A stretch of DNA of 24,000 nt from Candidatus Mycoplasma haematohominis (GCF_902712995.1 NZ_CACTIB010000020.1:66081-90080), one strand, 5' to 3'. Counted from the first letter of the stretch, positions 11,518-21,487 are shown. Numbers and translations are program-made. Notes: generated by a model from the letters alone, not told the origin.

Positions 11518-11995
11518 CTCTATCTTCTGAATTTATCACTATGTTTATTAGTTTGTGAAATTTAGATATGTAATTTATTTTTACTGTTAAGATTAGCATA
11601 ACTATTATTCAATTAAGTTGATTAATAAAGCCTGCAGGTATTGATAAGAATAAACCGATCATGATTAATCATATGGATATTTTCATACTGTAGAGTATTT
11701 GCTTCATTTCTTTAGTTTTGTTTTTGCTTCTCACGAAAGCAAAGTAGTCTTGTCTTATGTAGTTTGTTTTTCATAACTCTACTATTCATCATGTACAGAA
11801 GAAAACAAAGCAGAATGCTGAAACAAACATTTCTAAGGAGGTTGCTCCGTGGCCGTTGTTAGATATTGCTGCATATCCTGTTCTTTTGAATCCTAGGATG
11901 ACTTGAAACATTGTTATGCAGAATCAGATACCAGCAAAGATTATTCAACATTTCATCAAGTATTTGGATCTATCCAAGAATAAGTTTTGCTTCAT
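11489..11995 (-). CDS. hypothetical 4-TM membrane protein (168 aa)
   Basis: ATG is the complement of 11993-11995 and TAA the complement of 11489-11491. There are seven in-frame TGA codons, so it is invisible in the track. It is the only minus frame free of TAA/TAG over 11492-11992. Its architecture resembles the neighbouring 10888-11517 ORF, whose start it overlaps by 29 nt. Confidence 0.5.
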
Positions 11996-12066
11996 AAATA
12001 ACTGTTAATAATAGTTTATTAATTACCTTTTATTCCTTTTTGACTGTTTTTGGAAATTAAACTAGA

Positions 12067-12546
12067 GTGTTAGGCTCATTTGCAGAAGGATTAGTAAATA
12101 ATACTATTGATTGATACCTAAGAGAAGGGATAGCTTATTTTAGGAAGTCATATACACCCATCTCTATATTAGATAAATGTTCATCTTTAGACTTTAGAGC
12201 TAAATTTAGTGATCTTGCAGATATAGATTATTATGGTGTTTACAAGGGAAAATATATCTCTTTTGAGGTCAAGGAGACTAATAAGGATTATTTCTTACTT
12301 TCACAGATAAGAGATCATCAGAAAGAGATACTTATTAAATTACTTGATTTTTCTGCTGTATCTTTTTTGTTAATTAATTTTTCTTCTTACAATGATGCTT
12401 CTTATTTAATAACTGCTGACCGACTTAAGGAATTATTTGATAGGAAGAAAAAGAAGATATTTTTTTCTGAGATTGAGACAATAGGCAAACATATTCCTAT
12501 TAGCTTTCCAGGCGTTATTGATTTTTTAAAAGTTTTAGATCTTTAG
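12067..12546 (+). CDS. recU: Holliday junction resolvase RecU
   Basis: GTG 12067 (in-frame TAA at 12058-12060 just upstream) to TAG 12544-12546, 159 aa, with one TGA. It has RecU-like blocks: GSFAEGLVNNTIDWYLREGIAYFRKSYTPISIL, then DYYGVYKGKYISFEVKET and RDHQKEIL. Confidence 0.8.
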
Positions 12547-13088
12547 GCTTCTGCGCATAGTCTTTTAATTTTCTTAATTGCCCTTACAAATTTATATTTA
12601 CATGCTGTTGAGGTTACGTGCACTAGCGAGACAATTCCTATAACTATGTAGGTAATTTGTATATCTCAGTTAGGTAATTCTTTGAATATACGGAATAGAA
12701 ATACCATACCTCCTGCGCAGGCAACGATTGTTATAAGCATGCGTCTAGCTTTTTTGATTTGTTTGTTTATATTTGGATGTTCCATTGAACATCATATGGC
12801 TTCTTTAGTGCTTCCTATAGCTTTTCATGTCCTATATGCGTTCATTAAACTTGCAAAGAAAATTATTGAGACTGAGACTAAACAGAGAATTAGAACTATT
12901 AGTCCTTTTTCTAGTCACTTATATAGGGAAAACAATAACTCTCCATGGCATATTGAGATTATCGTAGGCACTCAATAAAGAGTCAGAGTTAGACAAAGTT
13001 GAATCTTTCATATTTGATATAAAGATTCTCCTTTGTCTATGAAATTGGATATTGCTAAATCTCTTTTGTGGAGGTATTTATCTGACAA
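12543..13088 (-). CDS. hypothetical 4-TM membrane protein (~181 aa)
   Basis: This minus frame has no TAA/TAG from 13106 down to TAA (complement of 12543-12545) and carries about six in-frame TGA codons. I verified it triplet by triplet. Its hydrophobic helices include LIVLILCLVSVSIIFFASLM, MLITIVACAGGMVFLFRIF and ITYIVIGIVSLVHV. The start is tentatively TTG (complement of 13086-13088). The plus-strand track ORF 12682-12978 is antisense to it and less plausible. Confidence 0.5.
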
Positions 13089-13482
13089 TTTTGGACGTTG
13101 TGTTATCTAGATATATAACTTTGTATATTTTTAAACAAAACTCTTTAATTTCTTTTTTTAGTTGTTGTTTGGTGTTCCTTTTGGGATTTTCTTCAACAAT
13201 GTAACGTTGAATCTCTTTGATCTTATTTATATACGATCGTACTTTTTGCACCTTTAATTGACCTGCTTTTTGTTTTTCTGGTGTAGTGTATGAATTTACC
13301 TTTTCTTGGAACTCATGGAATAATGTTTCTAATTTTTCTATTAAATCACTTAGCTCACTTATTATTTGGGGTTGTTTGCTATTGCTAGAACTGTTTAGTA
13401 AAGTGCCAGTTGATGAGCTAGCGGCAGCAGTTGTGAAGACTATTTTCATAGGTCTACTCCATATGAGTCTTCCTGTTGACAT
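13078..13482 (-). CDS. hypothetical protein (134 aa), Ser/Thr-rich N-terminus then charged helical region
   Basis: Track ORF with a true TAA stop and an upstream in-frame stop at 13522. It overlaps the start of the downstream membrane-protein ORF by 11 nt, suggesting co-transcription. No family recognised. Confidence 0.45.
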   Translation of the reverse strand: MSTGRLIWSRPMKIVFTTAAASSSTGTLLNSSSNSKQPQIISELSDLIEKLETLFHEFQEKVNSYTTPEKQKAGQLKVQKVRSYINKIKEIQRYIVEENPKRNTKQQLKKEIKEFCLKIYKVIYLDNTTSKIVR

Positions 13483-14000
13483 TTCAATATTTAAAATTTT
13501 GAAAATATTTTCTTTAATTTGTTAACGAGTTCGTATAAAATTTCATTGACGGCAAATTTTAGTTACTCCCTGAGTATCCAATTTTGTGTCTAAAGTGACC
13601 TGTTGTTTCTATGCGTTACCTATTAGAATTCACTTTAGTCTTGTAAATTATCGGCTATTCCTATTTTTGTTCAAAATTAGTTAGAAGTTGCTAAAAAACC
13701 TTTCTTGATAAGGGTTTGTAGATACTTCCTCGTTTCCGACACCTGTGGTTGTTGAGAAACAGCACAAAAGATTTTTATAATCTTGTAGCTTGTTAGTGAT
13801 AAAGATAAATCGGGATCTATGGTAACAGCAAAAGAACTAGTAATTTCAGAGGGTGTAGATAAAATTTTAGGGGATGTTGACACAAGAAGTTGTCTTTCAT
13901 TTCCAAAGAAGATAATAGGTTTATCATCTCCGACTGCAATTTGTAAAACAAGTTATTACTCTTACTTGAATGAAAAGATGAAAACCTTCAGGACTGCCTT

Positions 14001-15836
14001 CTAGTTTTTCTTAGAAAATTTACTTTTTAGAAAAAACTTACTTGATATTTCTTTTATTTTCTTAGCTTCTTCTTTTATATTTCTGTTCTTTAGAAATCTA
14101 GTTTCTATATCCCCATAGTTGTCTTTTAGATGGAAGTTAGCTAGTGCTTTTAGGTATTCGCAATAGAAACTGTAATAGTTGTCAAAGAATTCTTCTTGGG
14201 AAGTAATTTGTTTAGAGAATTTACTGTACTTTGCAATATTTTCTGGTATTTCTAGTTTTGGGTTAGAGAGGTTAATTTGAGATATTAATCAGGATATTTC
14301 TGGAATGTCTATTAAATGTTCTGGATTTAATTTGTATTCTCATTCGTTTTCTTGTTCTATTGTTTGTTTATTTTTTTCTAGGAATTTAGGTAAGTTTTGG
14401 TATTTGATAGTTAGTTTGACAAATGGATTTGTTATTTCTTTGTAGTCGTTTTCTATAGCGTTTTCAGGAAGTTCTTGATGTGTTTCTTCTTCTTGAGTAG
14501 GTATTTCTGCTACTGAACTTTGGTCTATTATTGTCAGATATTTTTCTTTTTTTATATTTAATGTTTCTTCTAAATTTCTAGTTATGTATTCCGGTGTGTT
14601 CTTGTATCATTCGAATATTTTGTTGGTCAATGTTTTGGCGTATACGTTGTTTACTTTTTGCTTTAGCCCTTGAGGGCTGATGAACATGTTGAATGTTTCA
14701 TCTACTAGCAATATGGTGGAATCTAGATTTTGTGGTTTGTTTTTCTTGTAAATTCAGTCTATAAAGCAGAGAGGGTTATCTATTTTTTCTTTGAGAATCC
14801 TTTTATCTGAAGCTTTGTCAATGGCTTCATCTATGTCTTTTTCTTGTATGTCTAATAAATCTACTACTGATACTTCGAATCCACTTAATAGAAGTTCTTT
14901 TCCGATGTTTATTGTGAAGCTTTGCCCGGCAAGGTCGTTGTCGAAACAGAGAACGATTTGGTTTGTGTATTTTTTTAGGACTGTGTGTACTTCTTTGGAT
15001 ACTATACCTCCCATGCAGGCAATACCGTTTGTACAGTAAAGTTCTTGTTGAGTTTTTAGGAGATCTATAAATCCTTCGAATATGTATATTTTTTTATCTT
15101 CTTGTAAGTATTCTGAGTTAAAGATGGCTGTTCTTCTTGAGAAAGCTTTGTTGTTTTTTATATTTAAGTATTTAGGTTCATCTCCTCTTCCGCTGAATCC
15201 GATTATTTCTTTTTCTGTATTTGATATGGGAAATATTATTCTGTCTCTGAAGTAGGCTCTTCTTTCTCCTGCTGTTGATATGAAGATATTGCTTTCTTTT
15301 ATGGTTGCTTCTGATATTTTGCTTTTGCTTTGTTCTATCTCGAATATGGTTTGTAGTATGTCTTCTGATGGGGCATAGCCTATTTGATATTTTTTTATAG
15401 TTTCTATACTTAGTTTTCTTTCTTGAGTTAGGTAGTCTAGGGCTTTTTGGCTTTCTGGTTGTTTGTTGAATAGGTATCTGTGATATGCATTGGCTATCTG
15501 AGAATTTAGTTGGTATAGTGAGTAAAGTTCATTGTTTCTTGCATTTAGGTATTGTGATATGTCTATTTCTAAAAGTTCTCCTATTTTTCTGATGGCTGAA
15601 ACGTAGTTACAGTTTTCTATTCTCATAACAAATCCAATAGCATTGCCTGCTACGTTGCAGGCAAAACATTTAAATAGGTTTTTTTCTTGTGAAATAGATA
15701 AGGAAGGGGCGCTGTCTTGATGGAATGGACAGATAGCTCAATGGTTATTTCCTTTCAATACCGTTTTCAGGTATTTTTGTACTACTGGGAGAATGGGAAA
15801 TTCAGGTTTTGCTTTTGTGTTTTCTATTTTTATTAT
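14001..15836 (-). CDS. dnaG: DNA primase
   Basis: Track ORF 14754-15626 extends both ways through TGA codons, down to TAG (complement of 14001-14003). Upstream it picks up the zinc-ribbon CPFHQDSAPSLSISQEKNLFKCFACNVAGNAIGF and the preceding conserved [10 protein letters not shown] segment. The TOPRIM block is IYIFEGFIDLL...VLCFDNDLAG. The 5' end is uncertain because there is no ATG/GTG/TTG upstream of the conserved N-terminus. I place the start at ATA (complement of 15834-15836), overlapping the glyQS stop. Confidence 0.88.
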
Positions 15837-17107
15837 TCGAAAGTTACTTTAAAGTTGTCTTTTTTTAGTTGATCTCATGAACTGTCTATTTGTTTCATGG
15901 TATCTCTATCTCTTATAGTGAAACTAGGATTGTTTGCATCTAATTTGCTTCCTTGGTCTATTGTTATGCAATATGGAGTACCTATTTCATCGTTTTTCTT
16001 GTATCTTTTTCCTATGCTACCTTTTTTTAACATCAGAATTGAAATTCCTTCTTGTAGGAAGTTACTGTATATTTTGTTAGCTATATTTAGTTCTGATTTG
16101 GTTAATGGAAGAATTGCGAATTTATAGGGAGCTAATGACTCTTTAATTTTTAAGACAGTTCTTGGTTCCTGTACTTCTAGTGCAGAGGTAATTAAAGCGT
16201 ACATAAGTCTGTTTAGACCTATTGAGTGTTCTATTACTTCTGGTAGGAATTTACATACTTTTGAATCATCGCATTGTTCCTGGTATTCGAGACTTTTTTT
16301 ACTTGCATTCTGGTGAGCGGTTAAATCGAAATTTCCTCTGTTGGCTAAACCTCATAATTCCCCTCATCCTGTTTCATATTCAAACTGAATATCTGTACTT
16401 CTTTTAGAGTAGTGCGCTCTGTCTTGTTCTGGTATTTCTAATAGTTTTACTTTTTCTTTCTTAAGTCCTATTACATCGATAAGAAATGTTTGCATTTGTT
16501 CTAGGCATTTTTGGAAGCAAATATTGCTGTCTGTTTTTTTTACAAATCATTCGCATTCCATTTGTTCGAACTCTAGTGTTCTGAAGATTGAGTTGTGCAT
16601 AGTTATTTCATTCCTGAATGCTTTGCCTACTTGAGCTATAGCGAATGGGATTTTGGAAGGGGTAAATCTTTGTACGTTTCTGAAGTTGATGAATATGCTT
16701 TGTGCTGTTTCCGGTCTTAAATATAAACTTTCTCCTTCTGTTTTGAAAATTAGATTGAATTCTTTCGGAGTTGTCCACTTTTTACCACCACAATTTGGAC
16801 AGGTGTTGTCTTTTAGGTGGTCTTCTCGGTACCTTTTCTTACATTCCATGCAGTCAACAAGGATGTCGTGGAAATTATCTAAGTGGCCGGAAGCTTTTCA
16901 ACACATTTCAGAACCTAGTATGGTTCCTTCTATAAAGTAGACGTTGTCATGCTGGAAAACAAAGAAGTTTTCTCATAATCTTTGTATGTTTTTCTTTAAT
17001 AGAACACCTATGTGACCATAGTCATATAGCCCTCTATATCCGCCATATATCTCGTTGCCCGGAATTATGAATCCGTGTTCTTTTAAATAATTATCTACCA
17101 CCGACAT
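15833..17107 (-). CDS. glyQS: glycine--tRNA ligase (class II, alpha2 type)
   Basis: ATG is the complement of 17105-17107 and TAA the complement of 15833-15835 (424 aa). Track ORFs 15875-16204 and 16547-16849 are in-frame pieces, and I checked all gaps for TAA/TAG. Motifs present: [50 protein letters not shown] and the anticodon-binding end [21 protein letters not shown]...FTIRDRDTM. Confidence 0.93.
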
Positions 17108-17190
17108 ATTTTTTCTTTTACTGGCTGTCAGACCCGCATTCCAAATAAAAATTTTTTTCTCCGAGTTTAGAAATTTGTTTTTTAATATTA

Positions 17191-17207
17191 AAAGTGGTAG
17201 AAAGTGG
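17191..17207 (+). promoter_or_regulatory. two direct AAAGTGG repeats with a 3-nt spacer (10-nt period); candidate MraZ operator
   Basis: AAAGTGG-tag-AAAGTGG at 17191-17207, 37 nt upstream of the mraZ ATG, just downstream of a TAATAT -10-like hexamer (17183-17188). As I recall, direct AAAGTG[T/G] repeats with 3-nt spacers were reported as the MraZ site in Mollicutes. E. coli MraZ also binds 10-nt-periodic direct repeats. Confidence 0.55.
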
Positions 17208-17243
17208 TAAGCACATTATTTATTATCTGGGAAAACTTTTTCT

Positions 17244-17684
17244 ATGTTGAGCACACAGAATTTTGTATTCATGGGGGAGTTTGAGGTAGCAGTGGACGTC
17301 AAAAATAGAATCATGATTCCAAGTAGATGAAGAGCAGAAATGGGAAATAATATTGTTGTATCTGACGGATTTGAAGGTGCAGTAGAAATAAGGACTAAGG
17401 CAGTTTTTCAAGAATATTACCATAAACTATGCAGTAATGACCTTTATTCTAAGCATGTAAGAATTCTTAAAAGGAAAATACTGGGTACTGCACACGACAT
17501 AGTATTGGACAAATGATCCAGGTTCGTTATTCCCAATAGTTTAAATAAAGGCTTTAAAGGCTCTGTAATAATGCGGGGCAATGGTGATTCAATTGAGATA
17601 TGAAACAAAAAAGAGTACGAAGAGTGATCAGAAAAAGAAGAGAACTCTTTAGAAAGCGCCGCAGAAGCTATAGCCAAGAATTAA
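17244..17684 (+). CDS. mraZ: transcriptional regulator MraZ
   Basis: ATG 17244 to TAA 17682-17684 (146 aa) with four in-frame TGA codons, so it is absent from the track. It has the two SpoVT/AbrB-like halves with DxxxR motifs, VDVKNRIMIPSRWR and LDKWSRFVIPNSL. It lies directly upstream of rsmH. Confidence 0.9.
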
Positions 17685-17686
17685 CT

Positions 17687-18613
17687 ATGTCACCTATTGT
17701 TCACCACTTTCCTGTATTAGGAGACGAGGTTGTTAAGTATGTTGTTAAGAATAGAGGTGGTATCTATATAGATGCTACATTTGGCGGAGGAGGACACTCT
17801 AAATTTATTCTTGATATTCTTTCTGAGGAAGGCAGATTAATAGCTTTCGATATTGATAATGAGGCTATAGAGAGAGGTAAGAAATTGGAGGAAGAAGATA
17901 AGAGATTCAAGATTGTTAAGTGTAATTTTGCAGATATAGATAAGTATTTGTCAGAGAACAATATAGGAAAAGTAGATGGTATTGTTTTTGACTTAGGGTT
18001 AAGTACGTTCCAACTACTTTCTAATAAGAGAGGGTTTTCCTTTAAAGAGGAGAACGCTTTCTTAGATATGAGAATGAATACTGACTCTCAGTACACTGCT
18101 GCAGAAGTTCTTAACTATTCTTCTAGGAATCATTTAAATCACATATTTAAGAGATATGGTGAGATCAATAATCCATCTAAGTTGATAAACAACATATCTA
18201 TATTCAGAAAGCAGTATGGTTCTATCAGTACTATAGGGGATTTCTTAGACATTATTAATGAATCTTGAGATGGTAGAGTTGACTTTAATAAGTTTGTTAG
18301 GCAGTGTTTCCAGGCTGTAAGAATAGAGGTAAATAGAGAATTAGATGTTTTAGAAAAAGCTTTAGATTCTTTACAGAGAATAGTTAAGCCACAAGGTGTG
18401 GTAGCTATTGTTACTTTCCATTCTTTAGAGGACGAGAAAGTGAGAGCTTGGAAGAAAAGGCTTTGCGATGATATTCAGATACAGGATTATGCACAGAATT
18501 TTGTTAATCAGTTTTCTTTTGTAACTAATGCATGCGTATTCCCTACTGAGTTAGAGAAGTCAATTAATTGAGCTTCTAGGTCAGCTAAGTTGTGGGTTGC
18601 TCAAAAGAACTAG
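17687..18613 (+). CDS. rsmH: 16S rRNA (cytosine1402-N4)-methyltransferase
   Basis: ATG 17687 lies within track ORF 17600-18268 and the gene continues through TGA 18266-18268 to TAG 18611-18613 (308 aa). Motifs present: HFPVL, IDATFGGGGHS, FDLGLSTFQL, FQAVRIEVNREL, VTFHSLEDE and SRSAKLWV. Confidence 0.92.
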
Positions 18614-19025
18614 TTCAGGAACAGTATTTTAGTAAATCATTTTTTCATTCGTTAAGCTGAGATATATCTTGGTGATAGCCTATTCGACATACCGTTTTGA
18701 AGTTGTATACATTTTTACTGTATTTGTGTATTCCGGAATATATGTATCGGAATAAAGAATTTTCTGCTTCTTGTCCTGTTGATTTATAGAAATCTGCTGA
18801 AGATTTTCTTCATCAGTTTTTGTTCTTGTCTGATATTGTTGAGACTAGTTGGTATTTGTAGAGTTCTCCTATAGTTCCTGGTTTTGATTCTTGTTCTGTT
18901 AAGTAAAAGATATCTTCATGTGATCCCATTATTTTTTTAAGAGGAGAACAAGTCATAGCTGCTGCGCAACCACCACCTGCTCCAAAAACTCCTAGACCTA
19001 CTTTTAAGACTTTTGAGTTATTCAT
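18585..19025 (-). CDS. lineage-specific paralog-family protein with Gly-rich N-terminal anchor (146 aa)
   Basis: Track ORF 18813-19025 continues through TGA-TGA (complement of 18810-18815) to TAG (complement of 18585-18587), overlapping the rsmH 3' end by 29 nt. Its N-terminus MNNSKVLKVGLGVFGAGGGCAAAM and NWW motif are shared with other ORFs in 18.6-24 kb. Confidence 0.5.
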
Positions 19026-19234
19026 GAAAAATTTTAAAATGGCAAAGAATTTTAATATTTGGACTCCCTTTTTTCCTATATATTTAGCGTTTGTTTATAG
19101 TTGAACTTAACGACAACTTGTCTGGTTAGGGGATAGGATAAGTCTGTCGTAAGGTTATCTCATATTTGTCAAGGATATGAGTTTTTGTCTTAAAGACAAA
19201 AGGAGATCTGTTTCTGCTGATCTCTATAACCACC

Positions 19235-19666
19235 TTATTTAAATTTGCAGTATTTTTTTGCGTCTGTTTCTGTTTTATTTTCTTCTGAATTGCTGTCAGT
19301 ATTGTTATTTTTTTGATAAGCTTCTCTACATTTATCTCTAATTTTTTCTCCGTTTAAGGATGTTTCTGATTGACCTTTTAGTGTTGTATGTAGGCCGTTG
19401 AATATAGTGCTGGTTGGAGCAGTAGTTTCCTTAGACAGTTCTATTTCTCTTTGTCTTCAAGTTCTTCAGTTTTCTTTTCTATTTGTTGCTAGGAAATCAT
19501 TTCTGTTTTTGTAGCCAATTGAGTTTGGTATGGTATCGCATTCATGAGATTGTGCAACTGTTTGAGGATGTTGTTCGTAATAAGTTGCTGTACCAAAATA
19601 TCCAGCAGTACATCCAATCATCATTAAAGCTACTGTTAGAACTGTTTTAGCTACTCCGTGTAACAT
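19235..19666 (-). CDS. paralog-family putative lipoprotein or membrane-anchored protein, tandem copy 1 (143 aa)
   Basis: Track ORF 19466-19666 extends through two TGA codons to TAA (complement of 19235-19237). It has the signal/anchor MLHGVAKTVLTVALMMIGC with a lipobox-like IGC. The C-terminal part is hydrophilic and holds a C-x2-AY...YC cysteine pair. Confidence 0.62.
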
Positions 19667-19672
19667 GGCGTT

Positions 19673-20104
19673 TTATCTTTTGCAGTATGCTTCTATGTCT
19701 AAATTAATGTTTGCTTGATTTGCATCTGTAGAAGATGTTTCATAAGCTTTCTTGCATGTTTCTCTTAGTTTGTCTCCAGTTAGTTTTGAAGGATCAGCAT
19801 TTGCTATAGTTGTTTTTAGAGTCTGGAAATCTGTACTTTTAGGCTCATTTGTGGATTCTTTTGTTTTTGTTTGAAATTCTTGTTCTTTTATTTTTCAAGT
19901 TTTTCAGTTTTCTTTTGGACTAATTGCTAGTAAAGTATCTCTTTTTGCGTAGCATATGCTTGCTGTAGTTGAGTCACATTCGTGTGATTGAGCTAAAGTT
20001 TGTGGATGTTTTTCGTAGTAAGTAGCAGTACCGAAGTAACCTGCAGTACAACCCGCCATCATTAACACAACCGTTAAAACAGTTTTTGCGACTCCGTGTA
20101 GCAT
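19673..20104 (-). CDS. paralog-family putative lipoprotein or membrane-anchored protein, tandem copy 2 (143 aa)
   Basis: Track ORF 19904-20104 extends through two TGA codons to TAA (complement of 19673-19675). It has the same length and frame as copy 1, and only 6 nt separate its stop from the copy-1 ATG. Confidence 0.62.
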
Positions 20105-20281
20105 AGAAATTGGCGACTATATTTGTTAAATTCATACTCATTTATTCAAGAATTTTTAGTAATTGATATTTAGACTTTGTCCGGACAGATTATTTTTGAA
20201 TATATTTCTTTTTTTCTAATTTTGTTGGGTATGTGATTTTTCTAAATAATTGTTACAATTGAGTACGATTTGGTTTCTATT

Positions 20282-20791
20282 ATGTGTGTAGAGAACATTA
20301 AAAAAAGAAAAGACTATTTGGAATGATCAGATTACTTTATGGCTGTAGCTTTTTTATCTGCTCAGAGGAGTAAAGATCCAAATACTCAAGTCGGAGCATG
20401 TATTGTTAATAAAGAGAACAAGATAGTTGGTATTGGATATAACGGGATGCCTAATGGTTGTAATGATGATTTATTGCCTTGAGATAGGGGAGGAGAAGAT
20501 AGATTATCTACTAAGTATCCTTATGTTTGTCATGCGGAGATGAATGCCATTATGAATAAAAATTCATCTGATGTTAAGGGGTGCGCAGTCTATGTAACTT
20601 TATTTCCGTGCAATGAATGCGCAAAGTTAATTATTCAGTCAGGGATAAAGGAAGTTATATATATGTCTGATAAGTATCATGATGGAGAAGAAGCAACTGC
20701 TTCTAGAAAACTTTTTGAGTTAGCTGGAGTGGCGTTTAGATCCTTTAAAACTAATAGAAGTGGTGTAGTGATTAATTTTGATGCCTTTTAG
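20282..20791 (+). CDS. deoxycytidylate (dCMP) deaminase
   Basis: ATG 20282 is in frame with track ORF 20540-20791 through two TGA codons (169 aa). It has the CDA zinc motifs VCHAEMNAI and [17 protein letters not shown], plus the N-terminal [28 protein letters not shown] typical of dCMP deaminases. Confidence 0.88.
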
Positions 20792-20917
20792 ATAGTGGTG
20801 TTTTTAAATTCCCGATAAAAAAATTCTTTTCATTTTCCTGAGTTTTTTACTTTTAACTTTAATTAATTTTTATTTTTTGTAGATCGTTCATAAAATGGCG
20901 GCGAGAAATATGATTAT

Positions 20918-21481
20918 ATGAGTTTTGTACAGCCGGCTGCTGCTGCCATTACGGCTATCACTATACCTACTGGCATAGGTATTTATTATTCGCAGAATTA
21001 TGATGCTTGCAAGGCATGAGCTATGACTAGAGAGTGTCTTAGCAAATTAAGGCATACTAAAAATACTTTTTCTAAGACAATAGTTGCTGATCTATATTGA
21101 GAACACTTGATTACTACTTCAGGTCATTCTTCTTCAGATTTTCCAGCACAATCAGCATGAAAGGTTAAATATAGGTATTTACAGGATAATTATTTAACTA
21201 AGTATTCTCATAACTTGAGACTTAAGAGTGTTAAGGAAAGCCATGATTTTGTCTATTTGGCTATGTGATGTAAAAAAGCTTATTTAGCGGATATTAGTAA
21301 GTCAACTAAGTCTACTCATTACTGGAGAGGAGTTAAGAAATTAAATGCTTTTGGATCTTCTGATAAGGTATCTGAATCTGATTGAAAACAGTATTGGAAT
21401 GATGTATGAGATCTATGTTCTATATATGACCCAGAGGTTGAAGGTTATAAAGTGCCTGTAAATTGGGGAATGAATAAATAG
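20918..21481 (+). CDS. lineage-specific paralog-family protein with hydrophobic N-terminal anchor (187 aa)
   Basis: ATG 20918 to TAG 21479-21481 with seven in-frame TGA codons, verified codon by codon and absent from the track. It has the N-terminus MSFVQPAAAAITAITIPTGIGIYY and the CKKAY...VWDLCS cysteine module. Confidence 0.55.
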
Positions 21482-21487
21482 TTTTTT

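Larger units (their letters stand above)
19235..20104 (-). repeat. tandem gene duplication, two 438-bp units
   Basis: The starts (19666 and 20104) and the stops (19235 and 19673) are each exactly 438 bp apart. The first 45 codons are near-identical at the protein level and the rest is diverged. Confidence 0.8.

Noticed and set aside
11930-11950. I suspected frameshifts in the 11489-11995 membrane-protein gene and near 23700 in the 22993-23757 paralog.
   Set aside because: Both were artefacts of my own off-by-one transcription of sequence lines. On recounting coordinates, both ORFs are continuous under code 4.
12682-12978. Plus-strand 98-aa track ORF between recU and the 13078-13482 ORF.
   Set aside because: The opposite strand carries a longer code-4 ORF (12543-13088) with four clean TM helices. 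That ORF fits a co-oriented, overlapping pair with 13078-13482. The plus-strand ORF has no upstream partner and looks like its antisense shadow, although I cannot fully exclude it.
13870-13890. GGGGATGTTGACACAAG resembles the 5' end of tmRNA (GGGGAUGU...GACA).
   Set aside because: No tRNA-like T-arm (GGTTCGAATCC-type) or CCA-proximal acceptor complement follows within the required ~350-400 nt. The dnaG coding region starts at 14001.
13677-14004. Short ORFs 13677-13883(-) and 13819-14004(+) downstream of dnaG. I also considered the ...VSETRKYLQTLIKKGFL tail as a relic of sigma-70 region 4.2.
   Set aside because: The two ORFs overlap each other. Neither has recognisable motifs, and only about 3 of 17 positions match the VTRERIRQIEAKALRKL pattern. 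That is too weak to call a gene or pseudogene.
14791-17961. Track ORFs 14791-15039(+), 15897-16127(+), 16222-16407(+), 16653-16940(+), 17223-17423(-), 17444-17677(-) and 17764-17961(-).
   Set aside because: All are antisense to dnaG, glyQS, mraZ or rsmH, whose identities are supported by multiple conserved motifs.
19183-19201. The palindrome TTTTGTCTTAAAGACAAAA lies downstream of the copy-1 tandem gene, and I considered it as an intrinsic terminator.
   Set aside because: The stem is almost pure A/T and is not followed by a U-tract in the minus (transcribed) orientation. It is too weak to call.
20178-20187. A perfect 10-bp GC-rich palindrome, TGTCCGGACA, lies in the divergent intergenic region between the tandem paralogs and the dCMP deaminase gene.
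   Set aside because: It is a single short palindrome with no second copy in the window and no adjacent regulator gene. It cannot be told apart from chance or a restriction-site-like sequence.
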